From a virus: a DNA stretch of 64,000 nt. Positions 17,673 to 24,069 of this stretch are shown here, in pieces. Within the stretch, counting starts at the first letter, position 1, and every line of letters starts with the position of its first letter. The notes beneath the pieces were generated by a model, which was not told the origin of the DNA, did no database searches, and saw nothing but the letters and a program-made list of their open reading frames with translations. The position numbers and the translations under genes are program-made. Location of the stretch: positions 1-64,000 of IMG/VR virus record IMGVR_UViG_3300010370_000028; one strand, given 5' to 3'.

Positions 17673-17924
17673 TCAATAGGTTTTTGCAAGTAGAACAAGC
17701 GGCTTCAATGTGATCGGCCTTGTATTAACATAAAAGAAAAAACCATATTCCAAAACCTCAATGTCGCCATCGACTTGGGCAAGTGAAACATAGTCGTCGC
17801 CATGATTGTCGGCAACGAATGGGCCTACATCATCATGCCCGATAAAGTAAAGCGTATCGTTTAGATCGACAGCATAAGCGTCACTGAGTGCTTCGTGGAG
17901 TTGTTCAAGTGTGGTTGTTTGCAT
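17673..17924 (-). CDS. hypothetical protein
   Basis: ORF with leaderless TTGACT...CACACT promoter. Confidence 0.7.
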   Translation of the reverse strand: MQTTTLEQLHEALSDAYAVDLNDTLYFIGHDDVGPFVADNHGDDYVSLAQVDGDIEVLEYGFFFYVNTRPITLKPLVLLAKTY

Positions 17925-17950
17925 GGCAGTAGTGTGTATTATTTTTGGGG

Positions 17951-18142
17951 TTAGTCAACAAAGAAATTAAAGAACATCCACCCCCGCTTTCTTAAAAGAT
18001 AATCAAATGGGTTTTCAATTCCATCGGGGATTTGAGTATCAATTTCAACTTGTTCTTCCGTTGGGTTTATCACAATGCCTCGTGTTCCATCAACAATGAA
18101 AACAATTGGTTTGTCTTCAATGACAATTGTTTTTGTTTGCAT
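17951..18142 (-). CDS. hypothetical protein
   Basis: ORF with leaderless TTGACA...CAAACT promoter. Confidence 0.65.
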   Translation of the reverse strand: MQTKTIVIEDKPIVFIVDGTRGIVINPTEEQVEIDTQIPDGIENPFDYLLRKRGWMFFNFFVD

Positions 18143-18156
18143 GGGTGTAGTTTGGT

Positions 18157-18366
18157 TTAGTATTCAGCAGTGTCAAGAAGAAATTCGGGGATGTTTTCTT
18201 CTTTAAGGTTTTTATCTTCTTCAGTTATTATGAAGTTCCCGACATAGTTGTGTTTGTATGCTTCCATCAAATCTTCATACAAAGCACCAATGGCATGATC
18301 CACCATTTCCTCATTGTCCAAGTCAACGACATACTCCAAAGAGATTTTTGCTTTTCCAAGTCTCAT
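18157..18366 (-). CDS. acidic hypothetical protein
   Basis: start reassigned to MRLGKAK. Confidence 0.65.
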   Translation of the reverse strand: MRLGKAKISLEYVVDLDNEEMVDHAIGALYEDLMEAYKHNYVGNFIITEEDKNLKEENIPEFLLDTAEY

Positions 18367-18385
18367 TTTTTTTGTGTGGTTAGGG

Positions 18386-18526
18386 TTAGTCAACAAGAAA
18401 TCTGCGTTTCCATTGTGCATCTTGCACCTGCTTGTCAAGCCAAGATTGTTGTTCAAAGATACGCGCACCATAAACGGATTTGCGATTGCGTGTGAATAGC
18501 GATAGGATGTGGTTAATTAGTTGCAT
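18386..18526 (-). CDS. hypothetical protein
   Basis: 46-aa ORF MQLINHILSLF... directly after a TTGACA-N17-TAAGTT promoter. Confidence 0.6.
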   Translation of the reverse strand: MQLINHILSLFTRNRKSVYGARIFEQQSWLDKQVQDAQWKRRFLVD

Positions 18527-18677
18527 GGGGGAAACTTATCAAAAAGATGTGAGATGTCAAATTTTATTTTCAGAATAAACTGCAATTTTCTTCTTGACAA
18601 ATCAACACTAGCAAATAGCAAATGGCAAAATACTTAATACTAAATAGAATGTGTGTGCGCGTAAAAACAAGAATGAA

Positions 18678-18724
18678 AAACTTATACCTTGCGGACCCCT
18701 ACGGGGTCGCTGCCATGTAAGTTT
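18678..18724 (+). repeat. 47-bp hairpin element copy 6
   Basis: AAACTTA-taccttgcg-GACCCC-TAC-GGGGTC-gctgccatg-TAAGTTT. Confidence 0.95.
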
Positions 18725-18729
18725 TGCGG

Positions 18730-18903
18730 CTAGTTGAATATTTTATCTTGATCCCAGCAGTATTCAGCTACGCCAGCATCGTATCCTAAACGATACAAGT
18801 GACGATCCATGTCGTCTGTGAATGTATTGTTTTCAACTCCAACGGTGAACCCATCATAGAATCCCAGTTGGTAGGCTTTTTGTTTTTCTAGTTCTTCTTT
18901 CAT
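18730..18903 (-). CDS. hypothetical protein
   Basis: start MKEELEK; duplicated Y.LG[FY].[DA]G motif. Confidence 0.65.
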   Translation of the reverse strand: MKEELEKQKAYQLGFYDGFTVGVENNTFTDDMDRHLYRLGYDAGVAEYCWDQDKIFN

Positions 18904-18907
18904 TTTT

Positions 18908-19168
18908 TTAGTGTGCGGCAAGACAATGTGGGCAAACAGATTCAACATAGATCATGGATTCAAAAGTATTTGAATTGTGGCGAATGTAGTCTGTTGAACC
19001 ATATTCAACAAAGAAGTTCAGTTGGTGGTGCTTCATTAAGGTAAAGAATCCAGACTCAAACTCGACCTCTACATGATCGCCCTTGTTTATTATGCGAGAA
19101 ATTATTTCTTCATTCTCATAACCTGGCGAACCGTGTTTGACTTTTGCTCCTATGAGTAGTTTGTGCAT
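18908..19168 (-). CDS. hypothetical protein
   Basis: ORF with C-terminal CPHC. Confidence 0.65.
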   Translation of the reverse strand: MHKLLIGAKVKHGSPGYENEEIISRIINKGDHVEVEFESGFFTLMKHHQLNFFVEYGSTDYIRHNSNTFESMIYVESVCPHCLAAH

Positions 19169-19194
19169 TTTGTTTTTGTGTGTGTAGTTGAAAG

Positions 19195-19295
19195 GGTGTC
19201 CCCCGCTAGGAGTCGAACCTAGTCTCTCAGTCTATCTGCCAAACTATTCGCGCTTCGTTCGGCACTAGTGTCTGACGGGCCAATACTTCGGGGGC
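19195..19295 (-). ncRNA. tRNA-like / tmRNA-TLD-like small RNA
   Basis: acceptor-like CCCCCG/CGGGGG, T arm CTAGG-TTCGACT-CCTAG, no D stem, long interrupted hairpin in place of an anticodon arm. Confidence 0.6.
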
Positions 19296-19304
19296 GTTGG
19301 AAAG

Positions 19305-19514
19305 TTATGCGCGTGAGATGCGCCTGTCAACAAGATTTTTGAATTTTCTTTGCAGGACATCTGCCGCCTCGTCTCTGTCGATGAACATGGCAACAGCCAT
19401 TTCGTGATTCGTGAAGCAGATCATTGGCTTTCTGTTTTTTCTCTTTGGGATGCTCAAGTCAAAGAGTGAGGTTTTGTAGGTGTTGTTGTGTGATGTTCTT
19501 TGGATGGTGGTCAT
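19305..19514 (-). CDS. hypothetical basic protein
   Basis: ORF with near-leaderless TTGACA...TACTCT promoter. Confidence 0.7.
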   Translation of the reverse strand: MTTIQRTSHNNTYKTSLFDLSIPKRKNRKPMICFTNHEMAVAMFIDRDEAADVLQRKFKNLVDRRISRA

Positions 19515-19537
19515 GGCGGGGAAAGAGTAAGATTTTT

Positions 19538-19693
19538 TTATGCTTCTGTCAAATTTTTTTCTTCTAGGATTGCTTCAAGGGAAGAAATTTCTTCTTCGAT
19601 TCTTTCGCAACCTTCCCAGTCTGAAAATTCTTCGCAGAGTTCCATTTGGCGGCGGAGGTTGTCGATGGCGATGATTAGTGATGTGGTGGACAT
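19538..19693 (-). CDS. UVR (UvrB/UvrC coiled-coil) motif-like mini-protein
   Basis: 51-aa ORF not in the track; IDNLRRQMELCEEFSDWEGCERIEEEISSL; leaderless promoter. Confidence 0.55.
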   Translation of the reverse strand: MSTTSLIIAIDNLRRQMELCEEFSDWEGCERIEEEISSLEAILEEKNLTEA

Positions 19694-19835
19694 GTTCAGA
19701 GAGTATCACAGACCGATTTTTCTACAAGAAAAAAATGTTTCACTAGCTACAATTTTTCTGTTGACAAATAGCAAATAGCAAAATCCTTAATACTAAATAG
19801 ATGCGCGGATTGGTGCGCAACTCATTGAGTTTCAA

Positions 19836-19882
19836 AAACTTACAGCTATCGGACCCCGTAGGGGTCGCGGCGGTGTAAGTTA
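19836..19882 (+). repeat. 47-bp hairpin element copy 7
   Basis: AAACTTA-cagctatcg-GACCCC-GTA-GGGGTC-gcggcggtg-TAAGTTA. Confidence 0.95.
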
Positions 19883-19947
19883 TTCATTTTCAAGCGGTTA
19901 TGATCGCGCCCCCACCACAGAGGCGCGATCTTTATCCACTCACAAAA

Positions 19948-20112
19948 TTATTCTTGCAGTGCGCTTTTGAAACACGCCGCCCATGTCAAGGCAAGACAGA
20001 TCCAAAAGACGCAAAAGTTGAGATCTTCGGGGACAATTCCAAAAGCCCTCACGAAAGAAAAAATTGCAATGTGAGCAACTGAAAAGAATAAGCAAAGAAC
20101 AGCAGATTTCAT
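19948..20112 (-). CDS. small two-TM membrane protein
   Basis: 54-aa hydrophobic ORF MKSAVLCLFFSVAH... Confidence 0.55.
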   Translation of the reverse strand: MKSAVLCLFFSVAHIAIFSFVRAFGIVPEDLNFCVFWICLALTWAACFKSALQE

Positions 20113-20116
20113 TTTA

Positions 20117-20395
20117 TTAAGGGGCAAAGGTTTTTTCGATTTTTCCGCATTTGAAATGACGGACAGCTTCTGGCTTAAAGCTAAACCAGCCTTGATTGTT
20201 TCGATTGATTGCAGAAAAGTATCCTGCGGCTTTCAATCCATCAGTTCCAGCAGAACCAGTTCCTTTTATCAAGCCAATGTATTTGTCCTTGGCATTGATT
20301 TGGCGAATCGTGCCATCTTTCTTTTGAAAGGTGATCGAAAAGAATTTTCCTTTCGTGGCGGCGATCAATTGTGCGATTTCGTTTTCCGTGGTCAT
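20117..20395 (-). CDS. WYL-like SH3-barrel phage protein
   Basis: FF.ITF.KKDGT.R..N and C-terminal GW.SF motifs. Confidence 0.65.
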   Translation of the reverse strand: MTTENEIAQLIAATKGKFFSITFQKKDGTIRQINAKDKYIGLIKGTGSAGTDGLKAAGYFSAINRNNQGWFSFKPEAVRHFKCGKIEKTFAP

Positions 20396-20409
20396 GTTTT
20401 TTGTGTTGG

Positions 20410-20544
20410 TTATTGTTGTGAGAACATTTCCCGTTCCATCTCGTCGATTTCTTCGGGGGTCATTGTGGCTTCGATTTCATACACAGCCTCGAACATGGCG
20501 AGCAGTTCAAGGGAGTCGGCGTGGGCGAGTTGGTCAATGGACAT
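20410..20544 (-). CDS. small acidic protein
   Basis: 44-aa ORF MSIDQLAHADSLE...; leaderless promoter. Confidence 0.6.
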   Translation of the reverse strand: MSIDQLAHADSLELLAMFEAVYEIEATMTPEEIDEMEREMFSQQ

Positions 20545-20585
20545 AAGAGAAAGTTATTTGATTTTGAAAGAATAGCAAGAAAAAT

Positions 20586-20783
20586 TCAACCGATTTTCAA
20601 ATTTTCCACTTCGTTGGATGCGACATAGTTGACATCGCCGCAGTATGGGTCGCGGTAAATGATGACGAATGCGCCATCGCGGGTGTTGGTATCGGTGACG
20701 CTTCCTGTCAACTTCATCCCGCAATAGGTGAATTCGACAAAGGTGTTCGTGCGTGGGCGAGTGGTGTTGGTTGTGTTGGACAT
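20586..20783 (-). CDS. hypothetical protein (paralogue of 22866..23072)
   Basis: shared MSNTT..PRTN...GS.T....DG....Y....CGD. Confidence 0.7.
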   Translation of the reverse strand: MSNTTNTTRPRTNTFVEFTYCGMKLTGSVTDTNTRDGAFVIIYRDPYCGDVNYVASNEVENLKIG

Positions 20784-20889
20784 GTAAGAAAATTATCACA
20801 GCTAACTTGAAACGCAACAAAAAAAACAAAAATCTTTTTCGCCTAGTTGCATTTTTTTTCTTGACTTTTCATAACTCGTTGAGGCTCAA

Positions 20890-20936
20890 AAACTTACACC
20901 TATCGGACCCCTTCGGGGTCGCCGTGATGTAAGTTT
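20890..20936 (+). repeat. 47-bp hairpin element copy 8
   Basis: AAACTTA-cacctatcg-GACCCC-TTC-GGGGTC-gccgtgatg-TAAGTTT. Confidence 0.95.
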
Positions 20937-20954
20937 CACGACAACCCCTTTCTC

Positions 20955-21140
20955 TCACATCCACTCTTCCCAAAATTCCTGCTCAGTGATCTCGCGCACG
21001 ATAGCGCGACGAGCGCGTGACCGCCACCGCTCGCCATAGGCATCCTGCAGGGCAGACTCGCGTGTGGGGCCATGCCCAAGAAGGCAAGAGCCAAGGTGGA
21101 TAGCGGACGGGGCAACAACAATGTAGTATGTGGTGGACAT
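20955..21140 (-). CDS. hypothetical protein
   Basis: start reassigned to MSTTYY; leaderless TTGTGC...TATCTT promoter. Confidence 0.65.
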   Translation of the reverse strand: MSTTYYIVVAPSAIHLGSCLLGHGPTRESALQDAYGERWRSRARRAIVREITEQEFWEEWM

Positions 21141-21270
21141 GGGGAAAAGATAACTCAAACACCCAAAAGCACAAGAAAAAAAAGATTTTTTTTTCGTAAA
21201 AAGTTACAATTTTCTTCTTGACAAATACAATTGGGGGGGCTATGGGGGGGACGCGCAGCGTCCCATTGAA

Positions 21271-21317
21271 AAACTTATGCGTTGCGGACCCCGAAGGGGT
21301 CGCCGCGATGTAAGTTC
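21271..21317 (+). repeat. 47-bp hairpin element copy 9
   Basis: AAACTTA-tgcgttgcg-GACCCC-GAA-GGGGTC-gccgcgatg-TAAGTTC. Confidence 0.95.
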
Positions 21318-21337
21318 TTGACTTTCAACGGCTTATG

Positions 21338-21371
21338 AAAGCGGCGGGGGCTTTCGCCCCCGCTTTTTTTT
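21338..21371. terminator. GC hairpin terminator
   Basis: GCGGGGGC-TTTC-GCCCCCGC followed by a T tract; the same hairpin recurs at 23673-23692. Confidence 0.65.
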
Positions 21372-21375
21372 GAAT

Positions 21376-21711
21376 TTAACCCTTGACAAAACCTTGCCAA
21401 GACTTCTTGACAATTTCTTGACCATCGACACGAGCGGCGGCAGAGGCTTTGGAAAGTTCAATGAACTTGGCAACTGCCTTTTTTTCGGCAGAGGTCATTT
21501 GAGCAAGAGCGGCTTCGTCATCAGCCCTCGACCTTGAAGCTCCAGCTTTGGCGATGATTTCAGTTCCGACAACTTCAATTTTCACATTGAAGACATAGGA
21601 GTGACCATCAGCTTCTGCTCCCATAGCTTCGGCAATCTTGGCGATGGTATCAGTTCCGCGAACGGGAATTGTGACTTTTTCGGTGGTGGTGGTATGTGTG
21701 GCAGTTTTCAT
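21376..21711 (-). CDS. hypothetical protein (paralogue of 23703..24035)
   Basis: full-length colinear similarity, e.g. AMGA.ADGH.Y.FN, E.KAVAKF, W.G.VKG. Confidence 0.8.
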   Translation of the reverse strand: MKTATHTTTTEKVTIPVRGTDTIAKIAEAMGAEADGHSYVFNVKIEVVGTEIIAKAGASRSRADDEAALAQMTSAEKKAVAKFIELSKASAAARVDGQEIVKKSWQGFVKG

Positions 21712-21882
21712 ATTTGATGTGTCGCGTTCATCAGCGACAAGAGAAAGTTAGCATCAGAGCGGAAAACCTCAAGAAAAAAAACAAAAATCTTTTTTGCCCA
21801 ACCGCAATTTTTTTCTTGACAAATAGAATGGGGGGGCTATTGGGGGGGCTGAAGGGCAGATTCATAACTCATTGAAAATCAA

Positions 21883-21929
21883 AAACTTACACCTATCGGA
21901 CCCCTTCGGGGTCGCCGTGATGTAAGTTT
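21883..21929 (+). repeat. 47-bp hairpin element copy 10 (identical to copy 8)
   Basis: same 47 nt as 20890-20936; similarity extends into cacgac.acccct. Confidence 0.95.
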
Positions 21930-21947
21930 CACGACGACCCCTCACCA

Positions 21948-22028
21948 CTACATTTGCGCCGATATTATGGCAACCACAAGCCAAATCGCGGCATTTATTC
22001 CAATCAAAATTCCAAGTAGTTCTTTCAT
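21948..22028 (-). CDS. 26-aa membrane peptide
   Basis: MKELLGILIGINAAIWLVVAIISAQM; AAGGA upstream. Confidence 0.5.
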   Translation of the reverse strand: MKELLGILIGINAAIWLVVAIISAQM

Positions 22029-22032
22029 GTTT

Positions 22033-22149
22033 TTATCCTTCCTTTTCGATGTGTTCAAGATAATCCGCGAGCGCAAGTTCGGCGGCTTCCGCGAGGGTCG
22101 CGGCATATTCTTCGGGGCTGACTTCGGTGGCATAGTAGGTGTCGGACAT
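22033..22149 (-). CDS. 38-aa acidic helical peptide
   Basis: MSDTYYATEVSPEEYAATLAEAAELALADYLEHIEKEG; leaderless TTGCGT...TATCTT promoter. Confidence 0.6.
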   Translation of the reverse strand: MSDTYYATEVSPEEYAATLAEAAELALADYLEHIEKEG

Positions 22150-22256
22150 GAGAGAAAGATAGCAGGGGGTTCAGATAACGCAACAAAAAAAGTGTTTTTT
22201 ATTTATTTTTTTTATGTGTTTTTTTTCTTTACTTTTTGCAACTCGTTGAGCGTAAG

Positions 22257-22303
22257 AAACTTATGTCATGCGGACCCCGAAGGGGTCGCGGCGGTGTAAG
22301 TTA
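22257..22303 (+). repeat. 47-bp hairpin element copy 11
   Basis: AAACTTA-tgtcatgcg-GACCCC-GAA-GGGGTC-gcggcggtg-TAAGTTA. Confidence 0.95.
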
Positions 22304-22425
22304 TTCATTTCCAACGACTTACAGCGGCAGCTCAAGTGTAGTTATTCCATGCACTATGCGCCATGCTACTAGGAGCGTAGTAGCAAAGCACACAGCAGGG
22401 GCGAGGATGTCGAAGAGTTCGTCAC

Positions 22426-22650
22426 TCATATCGCCATGCCCTCCTCTTCTAGAAACTCCATCGCCGCCTCTTGTGCGTAGTCGAGTAGTTCACTCATGGG
22501 TGTCATGTTATCTGCTTCCTCGATCATCTCCTCAAGTGTGTCGATGTGATCGCATAGCAATGCGGTATCTGGTAGATCATCGAGAGACAAGCCGACAATG
22601 GCGTAGACTTGTGCGTTGATCATCTTTCGTGCTTTATTTCGTGCGCTCAT
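22426..22650 (-). CDS. acidic helical protein
   Basis: ORF preceded by an (AC)n leader. Confidence 0.7.
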   Translation of the reverse strand: MSARNKARKMINAQVYAIVGLSLDDLPDTALLCDHIDTLEEMIEEADNMTPMSELLDYAQEAAMEFLEEEGMAI

Positions 22651-22661
22651 GTGTGTGTGTG

Positions 22662-22841
22662 TTAGTTATGCTTAACATAGGATTGAAGATGCGCGAGGCA
22701 GTAGCAAGTCAACCCAAAGGTGACAAAGCAGATTGCATCAATGGTAGGGCTTTCACCTCCGTAGAGCATGAAGGCAATGAGGCTGAACAAGGGTGACATG
22801 GTGATGATGCCAGAGCCAAGGATAATGAATGCGTGTTTCAT
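22662..22841 (-). CDS. small two-TM membrane protein
   Basis: 59-aa ORF MKHAFIILGSGII...; (AC)n leader. Confidence 0.55.
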   Translation of the reverse strand: MKHAFIILGSGIITMSPLFSLIAFMLYGGESPTIDAICFVTFGLTCYCLAHLQSYVKHN

Positions 22842-22865
22842 GTGTGTGTGTTTGTGTGTGTTTGT

Positions 22866-23072
22866 TTAGTCAAGAGTCACTTTGATACCCTCGCTGTTCG
22901 TGCTTGTCCAGCAGTTATCGCCGCAAATGTTTTTGTAGAACACTTGCCAACTGCCGTCTTTGCATTGGCGACCAGTAAATGATCCGTAGTATCTTCCGAA
23001 TCCATCGTCAACGATGGCGAGTTGATTCGTGCGAGGGATGAAGTTGTCGGGGAGTGTAGTGGTGTTGGACAT
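22866..23072 (-). CDS. hypothetical protein (paralogue of 20586..20783)
   Basis: leaderless TTGCAC...TAACTT promoter; shared motifs. Confidence 0.7.
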   Translation of the reverse strand: MSNTTTLPDNFIPRTNQLAIVDDGFGRYYGSFTGRQCKDGSWQVFYKNICGDNCWTSTNSEGIKVTLD

Positions 23073-23240
23073 GGGAGAAAGTTATCAGATGATGTGGAGA
23101 GTGCAACAAAAAAAACATTTATTTTTTTTACAGAACTGCAATTTTTTTCTTGACAAATAGATATGCGGGGGGGTTTGGGGGGGACGCAAATAGCAAACTG
23201 CAAAATAGCAAATAGCAAATTATCAAATAGCAAATAGGTG

Positions 23241-23344
23241 GGGCGCAGGTCGGGGGCGCAGGGCGCAGGTCGGGGGCGCAGGGCGCAGGTCGGGGGCGCA
23301 GGGCGCAGGTCGGGGGCGCAGGGCGCAGGTCGGGGGCGCAGGTC
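23241..23344 (+). repeat. G-rich 20-bp tandem repeat x5
   Basis: (GGGCGCAGGTCGGGGGCGCA)5 plus GGTC. Confidence 0.95.
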
Positions 23345-23428
23345 AATAGTGTTCGCTTGAACATTGCAAGGGTGGGGTCTGGGCGTAAGTTTGGGCGGGG
23401 CGGTTTCCCGCCCCGCTTGTGCCTTGGG

Positions 23429-23650
23429 TCATGCTTTGCGCCACGAGCGCAAAACTTGCGCGACATATTCCCTTGGCACTTCGACCGCTTCGGACTTTTC
23501 AGGCAGGAAAAGCCGTGCGCCTTTGGTCAACTTTTCGCCAAAGTTGAAAGCGTAGGTGTAGGTGTGAATGATGAACCCATCGCAAAAGTGCGATGAATGG
23601 AAAAAAGGACGGAGTTCCGATTGTTTGCCTTTTAAGGTCTTGATTTTCAT
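23429..23650 (-). CDS. hypothetical protein
   Basis: start reassigned to MKIKTLKG; followed by a GCGGGGCGG/CCGCCCCGC hairpin. Confidence 0.65.
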   Translation of the reverse strand: MKIKTLKGKQSELRPFFHSSHFCDGFIIHTYTYAFNFGEKLTKGARLFLPEKSEAVEVPREYVAQVLRSWRKA

Positions 23651-23702
23651 GAGTCTGATTTTTTTAAGGTTGCGCGGGGGCTTTCGCCCCCGCTTGTGAT
23701 GT

Positions 23703-24035
23703 TTAGCCTTTGACGATTCCCGCCCATGTCGTGCGCGTGGCAGTTTGTCCGTCCGTCCGTTGCATGGCGTTTGCCTTGCAAAGATCTTGGAACTTGGCGA
23801 CTGCTTTCCGTTCCGCTGGCGTGAGGCTGACAAGGGCCGATTCCTTGTCCGCGTTTGAAACGCTGGCCGATGCTTTCGTGGTGATTTCCTCACCTACGAT
23901 TTCAACCGATAGGTTGAAAGTGTAGGCGTGTCCGTCTGCTTGTGCGCCCATAGCAAGAGCGATTTCGGCGAGTGTGCTTGTTCCCTTTACTGGCAGGGAA
24001 ACGGCCTTCGTGGTGGTGGCGGTGGTGGTTGCCAT
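23703..24035 (-). CDS. hypothetical protein (paralogue of 21376..21711), first gene of the early array
   Basis: leaderless TTGACT-N17-TAACTT promoter ending 6 nt before the ATG. Confidence 0.8.
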   Translation of the reverse strand: MATTTATTTKAVSLPVKGTSTLAEIALAMGAQADGHAYTFNLSVEIVGEEITTKASASVSNADKESALVSLTPAERKAVAKFQDLCKANAMQRTDGQTATRTTWAGIVKG

Positions 24036-24041
24036 GCGAGA

Positions 24042-24069
24042 AAGTTAGCACGGCACGGCATGGAGTCAA
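24042..24069 (-). promoter_or_regulatory. sigma70-type early promoter (representative of many in 13-24 kb)
   Basis: TTGACT...TGCTAACTT with upstream A/T tracts (UP-element-like). Confidence 0.7.

Noticed and set aside
19195-19295. Ordinary second tRNA gene
   Set aside because: No D stem or 7-nt anticodon loop, 1-72 mismatch and no CCA; reported as a tRNA-like ncRNA instead
12464-22303. 47-bp repeats as a CRISPR array
   Set aside because: Intervals are 0.37-1.8 kb and contain whole genes; the arms vary; no cas genes in the window
12464-22303. 47-bp repeats as canonical integron attC sites
   Set aside because: Shorter than known attC, lack RYYYAAC/GTTRRRY boxes and extrahelical bases, cassettes have promoters, and no IntI is present; kept only as an analogy
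23128-23466. Pro-rich ORF with APDLRPAPPTC repeats
   Set aside because: Translation of the 20-bp tandem repeat, whose unit is not a multiple of three; it also spans promoter DNA
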